The notes: generated by a model from the sequence alone, not told the origin. 64,000 nt of DNA from an uncultured Gemmatimonadaceae bacterium (GCA_963790305.1 CAWBOC010000005.1:768001-832000), one strand, 5' to 3'. Counted from the stretch's first letter, positions 41,881 through 51,641 are shown. Numbers and translations: made by a program.

Positions 41881-43240
41881 ATGTCGAAGACGCCGACACC
41901 CACTGCACTGCGCGCCATGCCGCGCGCCGTCAGCCAATCAGCCCCACGCATTCCGCACCTGACGCCCGTCGCGTCGAGGCAGATTGAGCGTGTCACGGCC
42001 GAGGAGCAGGCGAACGGAGAGATTCTGCTCTGGCAGAGCACCATCCGGCTGGCGCTGCTCGGACTCGCCCAGGCGGTGGCGGTCGGCATCCAGGTGCTCA
42101 CGGTGTCCCCGGTCCCGCTCGGCAACCTCGCCGTGCTCGCGGCCTTGTACGCGATCGTGGTGCTGGCCGTCAGCGCAGTCGTCAGGCAGCGCGGGGGAGC
42201 GCGTGATTGGGTCATCGGCGCGGTGGTCGCGGCCGACATTCTCTTCCTTTTCGGCGCCGTATTCCTTGCCGTCCCGCCCCATCACTACGCGCGAACGCTG
42301 CTCGTCGCGTTGATCATCCTGCACCTCACCGAATTCCACTTCGGTCGCCGGCTCGCGGTGAGCGCGCTGGTGCTGATGTCGGTGCTGTATCTCGCGATGG
42401 TGATGTTCGCGCTCGATCAGGGTGCCGAGCTCGAGTGGGTTCACGAGATGTCGTCGCTGGCGGTGTTCATCCTCGCCGCGGGCTCCTTCGTCTTCCAGTA
42501 CGGCACGTTCAAGAGCCGTCTCGCGCGTCTCGCGCGCCTGTTCGAGAACGCGGAAGAGGGCGACTTCGCCGCCACCTATGACGTCGAGGCCGATCGCCGC
42601 CCCGACAGCATCACGCACCTCGGCCGCTCGTACAACCGGCTACGCACGCAGCTCGCGCAGATGGTGCTGACCGATCCGCTCAGCGGTTGCGCCAACCGGC
42701 GCGGGTTCGAGCAGCAGTTCAAGCGCGAGATCGCGCGTGCGGCTCGGCAGGGAACGAGCATCGCGCTCATCGCCGTCGATGTCGACATGTTCAAGGAGAT
42801 CAACGACTCCTATGGGCATCTCGGCCGGGGATGGCGTCGTGCGCGATCTGGGATCGCTGCTTCGCGAAGTGGCGCGTACCGGGGATCTCGTTGCGCGCAC
42901 GGGGGGTGACGAGTTCGCGATCCTGCTGCCCGACACGGAATCGGATGGCGCCTTCCATCTCGCCATGCGCGTCCGCGATGTGGTCGCGTCGCACCGGTTC
43001 CCCTCGGTCCGTGGGCGGCATTGCATTACGGTAAGTCTCGGCGTGGTGGCCGATCGCGCTCCCGATGCGAACATCGCGCACGATCTTCACTCCCGCGCGG
43101 ACGAGGCGCTGTACGCGGCGAAGGATGCCGGCCGGGACCGAGTGTGCTTATGGACGTCGGACCTGCGCGCGGTGGCGGTCACGGCGGCGCATCACCGGGT
43201 GACGCAGCCGTTGCGGACGGGGGAGCACAAGGTCGAATAG
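41881..43240 (+). CDS. membrane-bound diguanylate cyclase (GGDEF; frameshift near 42825)
   Basis: About 6 TM; TDPLSG..NRR, FKEINDSYGH, RTGD I-site five residues before GGDEF, ADEALY.AK..GR; start uncertain. Confidence 0.85.
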
Positions 43241-43369
43241 GGGTGAGGAGTCAGGAGTCAGGAGTCAGGGGGTGTCAGGGGAGATGTGCAGGGGAACTGC
43301 ACGCAGTTCCCTCCTGCAACCTCTCCCCTGACACCCCCTGATCCCTGACTCCTGACTCCTGACCCCTTA
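43241..43369. repeat. palindromic repeat, family B (GGAGTCA heptamers)
   Basis: GGAGTCAGGAGTCAGGAGTCAGGGGGTGTCAGGGGAGA ... TCTCCCCTGACACCCCCTGATCCCTGACTCCTGACTCCTGAC between convergent stops. Confidence 0.9.
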
Positions 43370-43370
43370 C

Positions 43371-45113
43371 CTACTCCTCCGCCAGGAACGGATACGTGAA
43401 CTCCGTCGGCGGCGAGAACGTCTCCTTGATCGTCCTCGCGCTCACCCAGCGCACGAGGTTGAGCTTCGAGCCCGCCTTGTCGTTGGTGCCGGACGCTCTC
43501 GCACCACCGAAGGGCTGCTGGCCGACCACCGCTCCAGTCGGCTTGTCGTTGATGTAGAAGTTGCCCGCCGCGTTGCGCAGCGCGACCGAGGCCTGCCGGA
43601 CGGCCGCGCGGTCACGCGAGAAAATCGCGCCCGTGAGCGCATATGGCGACGTGCGGTCCACCGTGCGCAACGTGTCCTCCCACTTCGCATCCGCGTAGAC
43701 GTACGCGGTCACGACCGGGCCGAAGATCTCCTCGCACAGCAGCCGATAGCCCGGATCCTTCGTCTCGATGAGCGTCGGCTCGATGAAGTACCCTTCGTCG
43801 CCCCGGGTCACGCCGCCCTGTACCACCGTCGCGTTGCGCTTCGCGTCGTCGAGATACTCGCCGATCTTCGTGAAGGCTTTCTGGTCGATCACCGCGCCCA
43901 TGAAATTTCGGAAATCCCGCACATCGCCGACGCGCATCTCGCGCATCATCGCGACGGTTCGCTCCTTCACCTCCGGCCACAGCGACTCCGGAACGTAGAT
44001 GCGGCTGGCCGCTGAGCACTTCTGCCCCTGGTATTCGTACGCACCGCGGGCGATGGCGACGGAGAGCGCACGAGCATCCGCCGACGGATGCGCGACGATG
44101 AAATCCTTGCCTCCGGTTTCGCCGACAATGCGGGGATACGTCTTGTAGTTGCCGATGTTCTGCCCGATCGTGCGCCAGATGCTGTTGAAGACGCCCGTAC
44201 TGCCGGTGAAGTGCACGCCCGCGAGCTCGGGGCTGGCGAGCACGGCGTCGGTGATCGGCGCGGGATCGCCCGGCAGGAAGTTGATGACGCCCGGTGGAAG
44301 TCCCGCCTCCTCGAGGAGGCGCATGATGTAGTACGCGCTCAGCATCGCGCTGCTCGCCGGCTTCCAGAGCACCGTATTGCCCATCAGCGCAGCGGAGGTG
44401 GGCAGATTGCCGCCGATCGCGGTGAAGTTGAACGGCGTCACCGCGTAGACGAAGCCTTCCAGCGCGCGATAGTCGAGCTGATTCCACATGCTTCTGTCAC
44501 TGATCGGCTGCTCGTCGTACAGCTCCTGTGCGAAGTGCGCGTTGAAGCGCCAGAAGTCGATCAGCTCGCAGGCGGCGTCGATCTCCGCCTGGTGCGCGGT
44601 CTTCGACTGCCCGAGCATGGTCGCGGCGTTGACCGTCGAGCGCCACGTCGTTGCCAGGAGCTCCGCCGCCTTGAGCAGCACGGCCGCGCGATCCTCCCAC
44701 GGCCAGTTCGACCACTCGCGCCACGCCTCGCGTGCCGCGGCAATCGCCATCTCGGCGTGCTTGGGCGTTGCCTTGTGATACTCGGCCAACACGTGCTTAT
44801 GCGCGTGTGGCATCACCGAGCGACCGAGGTCGCCGGTGCGAATCTCCTTGCCGCCGATGATGATGGGAATCTCGACGCGCTCCGACGCCATCTTCGAGAG
44901 CCGCGCCTTGAGCTCCGTGCGCTCGGGCGATCCCGGCGCGTACATGCGTACGGGTTCGTTGACGGGCTTGGGAACGCGACGGTTTCCGCTGAAGCCGACC
45001 AGTCCCGCGCCAGCGGGTGTGATCGGCTGCGACGGCGTTGCTGGAACAGGCGCCTGCTGCTCGCGAGCGGCGGCGGGCTGGGATTTGGGCGGGTTGGCCA
45101 CGGGTGCAGACAT
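43371..45113 (-). CDS. pruA: 1-pyrroline-5-carboxylate (glutamate semialdehyde) dehydrogenase
   Basis: QAEIDAACELIDFWRFN, PFNFTAI, FTGS, ETGGK, GQKCSA, EEIFGP, GARASGTNDKAG. Confidence 0.93.
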   Translation of the reverse strand: MSAPVANPPKSQPAAAREQQAPVPATPSQPITPAGAGLVGFSGNRRVPKPVNEPVRMYAPGSPERTELKARLSKMASERVEIPIIIGGKEIRTGDLGRSVMPHAHKHVLAEYHKATPKHAEMAIAAAREAWREWSNWPWEDRAAVLLKAAELLATTWRSTVNAATMLGQSKTAHQAEIDAACELIDFWRFNAHFAQELYDEQPISDRSMWNQLDYRALEGFVYAVTPFNFTAIGGNLPTSAALMGNTVLWKPASSAMLSAYYIMRLLEEAGLPPGVINFLPGDPAPITDAVLASPELAGVHFTGSTGVFNSIWRTIGQNIGNYKTYPRIVGETGGKDFIVAHPSADARALSVAIARGAYEYQGQKCSAASRIYVPESLWPEVKERTVAMMREMRVGDVRDFRNFMGAVIDQKAFTKIGEYLDDAKRNATVVQGGVTRGDEGYFIEPTLIETKDPGYRLLCEEIFGPVVTAYVYADAKWEDTLRTVDRTSPYALTGAIFSRDRAAVRQASVALRNAAGNFYINDKPTGAVVGQQPFGGARASGTNDKAGSKLNLVRWVSARTIKETFSPPTEFTYPFLAEE

Positions 45114-45290
45114 TGACGAGACCTCTCGACGATCGGCGTTGTGTGCCGCCCCTGGCGGCCCGTTTCAAGATACAGGACCCCGCGAGTCGAGCCAACCGCG
45201 CTCCCGTTCTCCCCATGCCAGTGAGAGATTTCGCCGCGCAATGACTCCGGCGCTCGACTCCATTCTCAGCGTACGCGTAGCCAAGGAACC

Positions 45291-46100
45291 TTGGGAACCT
45301 CCTCTCGCCGGTACGTCGGATCTTTTGTGCTCTTCGTGACGGCATGCGCCAAGGAGCCGATCGAGTGGCAGCCGCCGCGCGATCTCAGCGGCACGATTGG
45401 CGCGACCACGCGCCTCGTCCTGGACGAGAGGGGCACTCCCCATCTTGTCGATCAGCCAATGCCCACCGTGGTCTTGCCGGCGGCGGCCTGTTCGACGTCC
45501 GTGGTCACAGCCCGTGCGCGCGGAGACGAGTGGTACGCCGCCTGGTTCCTCGCACGGTTCGACAGCAGCGTCGTGCTCATGGTCAGCCGGTCGACCAACG
45601 GCGGCTCGGCGTGGAGTACTCCTGTGGTCGCCGACGGACGCGATCGCGGCGGTCGTGGATGCTCGCGTCCGCGTCCCGCACTCACGGCAGACACGGCGAG
45701 CGCGTACGTCCACGCCGCCTATTTCATCGAGCCGATCGAAGGGACGGGAGTCTGGTACACGCACTCCATGGAGCAGGGCACGATCTGGCATCAGACCATT
45801 GGGGTGCTCTATGGCGACGAGCCGGTCACGGCCAGCATCGCCAGCGCCGGCGATACCGTGCTCGTGGCCTATGAGCATCCCGGCTCCGGAGGCTCGCGCC
45901 TGGGCGTCGCGATCTCTCGTGAGGCAGGACATACCTTCGCGGAGCGACTTCGCGTGGTGCGAGTGAGCGGCACGGTCCGCGAGCCCAGGATCGCGCTCGA
46001 GGACGGGCGCGTCGCGCTGGCGTGGCTCGAGCAGGCACGGGCCGTCGGCGTCGGGATGCCAGCCGTTCGAGCGCGCGTACAGCTCGGAGCGTGGCGTTAG
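45291..46100 (+). CDS. lipoprotein with Asp-box (sialidase/BNR-like) repeats
   Basis: Lipobox VTAC; STNGGSAW, SMEQGTIW, SREAGHTF. Confidence 0.6.
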   Translation: MGTSSRRYVGSFVLFVTACAKEPIEWQPPRDLSGTIGATTRLVLDERGTPHLVDQPMPTVVLPAAACSTSVVTARARGDEWYAAWFLARFDSSVVLMVSRSTNGGSAWSTPVVADGRDRGGRGCSRPRPALTADTASAYVHAAYFIEPIEGTGVWYTHSMEQGTIWHQTIGVLYGDEPVTASIASAGDTVLVAYEHPGSGGSRLGVAISREAGHTFAERLRVVRVSGTVREPRIALEDGRVALAWLEQARAVGVGMPAVRARVQLGAWR

Positions 46101-46238
46101 GTATGGCGCCGGGGGGAATGCATCAGCGCTGGACCAATTCAGAATTCTGCTTGCCGCGTTGGAACGGTCCCTGCGCAGGCAGTTTCCGAACTCTGAATTC
46201 TGACATTTGACGTCTTAGCCGTTGAGCCAAGGAGTCGC

Positions 46239-47126
46239 ATGCCATACCTCGGCGCCCACACGATCGACAAAGGCGGCATCCACATGGCCGTCGCCCGCGC
46301 GGAGAAGGCGGGGATGACGGCGCTCCAGGTCTTCACGGCGAAGCCGCGATTCATCAACGACCGTATCTCCATGCGACCCGAGCGCGCCAAGGGGTTTCGC
46401 GACGCGCTCGCGAAGACGAAGATCGATCCCCGTCATGTCCTCGTGCACGCGCCCTACTCGCTCAGCGTCGCCAATGCCGACGAGGCGAAGTGGGCGCGCG
46501 CGAGCGCCGGACTCACCAAGGAGCTGGAGCGCTCGACGCAGATCGGGGTTGGCGCGGCCTGCTTTCATCCCGGCAACGCCGGCGACGGCGATCGCGAGGC
46601 CGCGGCCAAGCGCGTCGCGAAGGCCATCGTCGCCGCCTTGCGTGCAGTCGACACCGATACCAGGCTGCTCGTCGAGAACACCGCTGGAGCCGGCCAGCAG
46701 ATCGGTCGTACCGCGGCCGAAGTCGGCGCCATTCTCGAGCACGTGCCCGACGACCTGCGCCCGAGAACTGGCTACGGGCTCGACACCTGCCACCTCTTCG
46801 TCTCGGGCTACGACATCAGCGCATCGCGCACAGCGCTGGCCGGCGTGCTCGACGAGTTCGAGGAAGCCTGCGGCGAACCGCCGGCCTTCTTTCACCTGAA
46901 CGACAGCGCTGGAGAGCTCGGCTCGAATCTCGATCGCCACGTTCTCATCGGCGAAGGCGCCCTCGGCAAGGAGCCGTTCCGGTGGCTGCTACAGGACAAG
47001 CGCGCTGCGAAGGTGCCGCTCATTCTCGAGACGCCGCAGAAAAACTACGAGGTGGGCGACGACGATCCGACTCCCGACCCGTGGGATGTGAAAATGCTCA
47101 AGCTGCTGCGGGGAATGGCGAAGTAG
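46239..47126 (+). CDS. nfo: endonuclease IV
   Basis: LGAH, HAPY, HPG, ENTAG, DTCH, HLNDS, DRH..IG.G, ILETP. Confidence 0.92.
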   Translation: MPYLGAHTIDKGGIHMAVARAEKAGMTALQVFTAKPRFINDRISMRPERAKGFRDALAKTKIDPRHVLVHAPYSLSVANADEAKWARASAGLTKELERSTQIGVGAACFHPGNAGDGDREAAAKRVAKAIVAALRAVDTDTRLLVENTAGAGQQIGRTAAEVGAILEHVPDDLRPRTGYGLDTCHLFVSGYDISASRTALAGVLDEFEEACGEPPAFFHLNDSAGELGSNLDRHVLIGEGALGKEPFRWLLQDKRAAKVPLILETPQKNYEVGDDDPTPDPWDVKMLKLLRGMAK

Positions 47127-47333
47127 GCACGGTGATCGAGGGTGTCGAGGTCACCTCTGCTGCGAAGAGACCCACGTCACAGACTGGAATCGAGCGCCTT
47201 TCCCTATGAGCGCGCACAGCGCACGAGAGAGTTTTCACCCTTGCGTCTCCTGCAAGCCTCTTTACTTTGAGGCGCGATGGAGTCCGTGGTCGTCGGGGAG
47301 AACGGATCCCTCAACCTCTCGGGAGAGATATCG

Positions 47334-47711
47334 ATGCCCGCAAAGAAGAAAGGCGCGAGAAAAGGCGCGAGGAAGGGCGGCGCGCGTCGGAAGGGCGCGG
47401 CGCGGAAGAAGTCGGCCGGTCGTCGGAAGAGCGCGAAGAGGAAGTCGAGCGGTCGCAAGCGCGCACCGAATCCGGCATTCATGAAGCCCATGCAGCCTGA
47501 CGCTGCGCTCGCCGCCGTAGTGGGCGATCGTCCAATGCCACGCACCGAGATCACGAAGAAGCTGTGGCAATACATCAAGCGCAACGGGCTTCAGGACGCG
47601 AAGGAGCGTCGCATGATCAACGCCGATGACCGGCTCCGCACCGTCTTCGGGGGCAAGAAGCAGGTGTCGATGTTCGAGATGACGAAGCTGGTCAATCGTC
47701 ACATGGGCTGA
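47334..47711 (+). CDS. SWIB/MDM2-domain protein with Lys/Arg-rich histone-H1-like N-terminus
   Basis: MPAKKKGARKGARKGG... then AFMKP, RTEITKKLWQYIK...LQD, INADD.L, VSMFEM. Confidence 0.88.
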   Translation: MPAKKKGARKGARKGGARRKGAARKKSAGRRKSAKRKSSGRKRAPNPAFMKPMQPDAALAAVVGDRPMPRTEITKKLWQYIKRNGLQDAKERRMINADDRLRTVFGGKKQVSMFEMTKLVNRHMG

Positions 47712-47734
47712 GCGGTTCGCCGTCAGCTCTACAA

Positions 47735-47766
47735 CGGGGGGCGTGCCGTGCGCGGTGCGCCCCCCG
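47735..47766 (+). terminator. GC-rich hairpin downstream of the SWIB gene
   Basis: CGGGGGGCGTGCCG-TGCG-CGGTGCGCCCCCCG followed by CTCTT. Confidence 0.6.
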
Positions 47767-47837
47767 CTCTTGTGCTTCACCGTTCGCGAGCGAGTATTTC
47801 GCGTGACGCTCGACTCCCACCTCACTCACGCGGCATA

Positions 47838-48590
47838 ATGGCAGTGGCGGCACAAAAGGCGCGCGCCGAGCGCGCACGCACTCCCGAGAGCACGCCTCCC
47901 GGAGTGAAAAAGAAACGGGGCGGCTGGCGCCACCTCCTCAAGGAGCTGGCGATCGCCGCGGCGATCTTCTTCACGATCAAGATCTTTCTCCTCGAGGCGT
48001 TCCGTATTCCCTCGGGGAGCATGGAGCCGACGCTGCTCGTCGGCGACTTCCTCTTCGTGAACAAGCTGGTGTACGGTCCGCACCTGCCGCTGATCGACGT
48101 CAACCTCCCCGGATACGCCGAGCCGACGCGGGCGGAAATCGCGGTGTACAAGTCGCCCGATGTCCGCGACGGGAATCCCACCGTCGTGAAGCGCATCCTC
48201 GGTTTGCCGAGCGACACCCTCTACATGCGTGGCGGGCTGCTCTACGTGAACGGGACGCCGGAGGGCGGCACCTACGTCAACACGACGCCGGGTCGCCCCG
48301 GTGGCGACGAGGCGCATCCCGATTTCGTCTGGCAACGGCGCTTCGAGGTGCGGGGCACGCGCTTCGGCGAGCCTCCGGCGGGCCCGACGCACGACAACTG
48401 GGGCCCGATCGTCGTTCCCGCGGAACATTTCTTCTCCCTCGGCGACAACCGGTACAACTCGAAGGATGCACGCTACTACGGCTTCGTGCCGTACGAGAAC
48501 CTGCGCGGCCGGCCGCTGATCATCTACCTCTCGGTGGACTTCGCTGCCTGGCGAATCCGCTGGGGGCGTTTTGGCATGCGGGTGCGATAG
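47838..48590 (+). CDS. lepB: signal peptidase I
   Basis: IPSGSMEPTL..GD, VKR, GDNRYNSKDARY.G. Confidence 0.92.
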   Translation: MAVAAQKARAERARTPESTPPGVKKKRGGWRHLLKELAIAAAIFFTIKIFLLEAFRIPSGSMEPTLLVGDFLFVNKLVYGPHLPLIDVNLPGYAEPTRAEIAVYKSPDVRDGNPTVVKRILGLPSDTLYMRGGLLYVNGTPEGGTYVNTTPGRPGGDEAHPDFVWQRRFEVRGTRFGEPPAGPTHDNWGPIVVPAEHFFSLGDNRYNSKDARYYGFVPYENLRGRPLIIYLSVDFAAWRIRWGRFGMRVR

Positions 48591-48593
48591 CGC

Positions 48594-49908
48594 GTGACCT
48601 CGCCCTCGCGCGGAACGTGGGTGCGAGGGCTGTCCCTCCTCGGTGCGGTCGCCCTCATCGTCGGCAACATGGTGGGGACGTCCGTCTACACGCTCCCCGC
48701 TCTCCTCGCTGCCGAGCTCGGCCCACTTGGAATTCTCGCCTGGGTCGTCACCGCCGCCGGGTATCTCTTCGTCGCGCTCGTCTACGCCTCGCTCGGCACG
48801 CGGTATCCGGAGACGGGCGGCCCCTATGTGTTCGCGCGCGAAGCGTTGGGCGAATTCGCCGGCTTCCAGTCAGTCTGGGCCTACTGGTTCAGCGCGGTGG
48901 TGGGGAACGCGGCGATCGTCACCGGTGTCGTCGGCTACGTCGAAGGGTTCTCGCCTGCGCTCGCCGCCAGTGAGACGTATCGCTTCATCCTGGCGCAGGC
49001 GCTGCTGTGGACGCTGTGCCTCATCAACGTGCTCGGGATCAAGGTGAGCGCGCGCATCCAGATCTCGGTGCTGTTCTTGAACGTCGTTCCGCTGCTGCTC
49101 TTTTCGATCATCGCGCTTTTCTATTTCGACCCGGCGAACCTCACGCCCTTCGCGCCGAAGGGATGGGGCAGCCTCGTGACTGGAGTGGCGTTGATCGTGT
49201 GGGCGTATTCGGGAATCGAATCGGCCACCGTTCCCGCCGAGGAGGTTCGCGGTTCGTCGCACACGATCGGGCGAGCGACGCTGATCGGCTACGCGGTGGG
49301 CACGGCGGCGTTTCTGCTTGCGGCGGTGGCTGTCGCGGGCGTGGTGCCGAACACCGAGCTCGCGACCTCCGCGCGTCCGATCGCGCTCGCGGCGGAGCGC
49401 ACGGTAGGGCCGTGGGCGGCGACGATCATCGCCTTCGCGGCGATCATCGCCGGGCTGGGCACGCTCAACGGCTGGATCCTCATGGCGGGCCGCATCCCCG
49501 TCTCGGCGGCGCGCGACGGCATCTTCTTCCCCGCGTTGGCGCGACTGCATCCGCGCTATGGCACGCCGCACGTGAGTCTGATCGTCGCGACGATGATCGG
49601 CAGCCTCTCGCTGGGACTGTTTTTCACCGACACGACGCTCGGCGTCTTCGACACGATCGTGCAGCTCTCGGTGCTGACGACACTGCTCCCACACCTCTAC
49701 ACGGCGGCTGCCGAGTGGATGCTCCGCCGTCGTGGTGCGTTGGCGGAGGGAGCAGGCAATGGCTGGCGAACGCAGGTGGTGGCGATCGTCGCCTTCGCGT
49801 TCGTGCTCTGGTCGATGTACGGCATCGGAGCGACGATCACGCGCTGGGCGTTTCTGGTCATCCTGGCCGGGATCCCGTCTGTATATCTGGTTCAAGACGC
49901 GTCGCTGA
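48594..49908 (+). CDS. APC family amino acid permease (probable frameshift near 49878)
   Basis: NMVGTSVY, PETGG, GIES...AEE; removing one base restores GIPLYIWFKTRR then stop at 49908. Confidence 0.85.
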
Positions 49909-49913
49909 GGGAT

Positions 49914-49998
49914 GAATGCGGAATGCGGAATGCGGATTGCGTGTAAGAACGCGGCCGTCACGCTGTCATCCAAATCCGCATTCCGCATTCCGCATTCT
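49914..49998. repeat. palindromic repeat, family C
   Basis: GAATGCGGAATGCGGAATGCGGATT ... AATCCGCATTCCGCATTCCGCATTC. Confidence 0.9.
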
Positions 49999-50006
49999 CC
50001 TCAAAA

Positions 50007-50453
50007 ATGCGCAACACACTGTACCTCCTCGCCGCCCTCGCCATGCTCGCCTGTGGCTCGCGCCGCCCGGCTTCGCGGCCGCTGACGGAGTTCCTGACGC
50101 CGTACGGGGCGCCTACGCGACCGTTCTCGCCGGCGGTGCGCGTCGGCAACCTGCTGATTCTGTCAGGAGCGATTGGGACGACGGCGACCGGGGCGCTCGT
50201 TCCGGGGGGAATCGGCCCGGAAACACGGCAGGCGCTCGACAACATTCGCGACGTGCTGCAGCGGACCGGCTCCTCGATGGAGCGCGTGGTCAAGTGCACG
50301 GTGATGCTCGCCGACATGCGTGAGTGGGACTCGATGAATGTCGTCTACGCCTCGTACTTTCCCGGGAACAAGCCTGCCCGGTCGTCGTTTGGCGTGACCG
50401 GGCTGGCGCTGGGTGCGCGCGTGGAGATCGAATGTTGGGCCACGGTCGACTGA
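50007..50453 (+). CDS. RidA/YjgF family protein with lipoprotein signal peptide
   Basis: PFSPAVRVG, LSGAIG, PARS (conserved Arg), VEIE; N-terminal LAALAMLAC. Confidence 0.85.
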   Translation: MRNTLYLLAALAMLACGSRRPASRPLTEFLTPYGAPTRPFSPAVRVGNLLILSGAIGTTATGALVPGGIGPETRQALDNIRDVLQRTGSSMERVVKCTVMLADMREWDSMNVVYASYFPGNKPARSSFGVTGLALGARVEIECWATVD

Positions 50454-51064
50454 TCGCCCTCGCGGGCGCGCTCATGTGCCTGGCATCGGCCTGCCAACGC
50501 GAGGCTGACAGCGACCGGGCGGGCCAGCGTCCCACCGACACGTCCGGTCGCGCACCGGTCGCCGATGCCTGCGCGCCTAACGGGCGCGTGCCGGCGGTGA
50601 CGTCGGGTGGCATCGGGGTGGCACGCATCGGCGCCGCGGTGCGGGATGTCGGGCAATCGTGCACCACTCGCGACACCACATTTTCGCTCGGCGAGGGCAT
50701 TCAGGAGCAGGGCGCGGTCATCGAGTTCGCCGGCCACCGCGTGCTCGCCCTCGTCGCGAATGGCGCCATCTCACGCCTGATCGTCGCCGACTCGGCGTTT
50801 CGCACCGAGCGCGGGCTGGGCGTCGGCAGCAGCGTGGCGCAGCTGCGTCAGTCCTATGGTCGCCTGTGCGGAGCCGTTGGAGAGGGAACGGTCGCGGTGT
50901 GGCTCGCCGGACTTCCCAACGTCTCGTTCGGACTCGACACGCGTCTGTCGGATCTCGGCAGCGCCAGCACTCGCGTGAGCGATGACCCCTCGGTGATTCC
51001 GGACACCGCGCGAGTCACGAGCCTCTGGGTGATAACGGAAGGCGTGGCGTGCGGAGGATCGTAA
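50432..51064 (+). CDS. hypothetical lipoprotein
   Basis: Signal ending LASAC; FRTERGLGVGSS...L...YG motif. Confidence 0.6.
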   Translation: MLGHGRLIALAGALMCLASACQREADSDRAGQRPTDTSGRAPVADACAPNGRVPAVTSGGIGVARIGAAVRDVGQSCTTRDTTFSLGEGIQEQGAVIEFAGHRVLALVANGAISRLIVADSAFRTERGLGVGSSVAQLRQSYGRLCGAVGEGTVAVWLAGLPNVSFGLDTRLSDLGSASTRVSDDPSVIPDTARVTSLWVITEGVACGGS

Positions 51065-51067
51065 CTG

Positions 51068-51179
51068 CCGAGGTAGTCGAGGTGGTCCAGGTCGTCGAGG
51101 AGATCGAAGGCGACACCGTGATGACCTGACCTCGATCACCTCGCCCACCTTGATGCACCTTGATGACCTCGACGACCTC
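51068..51179. repeat. palindromic repeat, family A, abutting the OsmC start codon
   Basis: GAGGTAGTCGAGGTGGTCCAGGTCGTCGAGG ... CCTTGATGCACCTTGATGACCTCGACGACCTC. Confidence 0.75.
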
Positions 51180-51641
51180 ATGTCTCTCTACGACTCCATA
51201 GTCACCGTCCAGAAAGTTCAAGGCACGCATCGGCGGGCGACGCTGCCGACGGGCCAGACGATCGATTTCGGCGTGCACGGCGCGATCGCGGCTCACTTCC
51301 GCCTTCAGGAGCAGCCGATGCCGCTGCCCGTGGATTACATCGTGGCATCGACCGCGGGGTGAATGCTCGGAACTCTCAATGGCGCGCTGGAGGCGCGTGG
51401 GATCAAGCTCGCTCCTGATGACATCTCGGCGTCAGCCACTGGCGTGAACGACCTGGTCGACGGAATCGTGAGGCTCACCTCGATCACCATCAGCTACCGC
51501 CTGCGCATCCCGAGCGGCTCGCGCGATGCCGTGGACCGCGCGCTCTCCCGCCACCAGGAGAAATGCCCGACCGCGGTGTCGCTCGCTGCCGCCATCGCCA
51601 TCGCCTGGACGGCCGACATCACCGAGCAGGCTGCCGCGTGA
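51180..51641 (+). CDS. OsmC family protein with in-frame TGA at 51360-51362; probable selenoprotein
   Basis: Two ORF-track halves are in the same frame: PVDYIVASTAG-TGA-MLGTL...HQEKCPTAVSL. The TGA sits at the first OsmC Cys position. Confidence 0.82.
51374..51402 (+). promoter_or_regulatory. candidate bacterial SECIS hairpin
   Basis: Stem GCGCGC (51382-87) / GCGCGT (51393-98), loop TGGAG starting 25 nt after the TGA; possible lower stem TCTC/GGGA. Confidence 0.6.
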
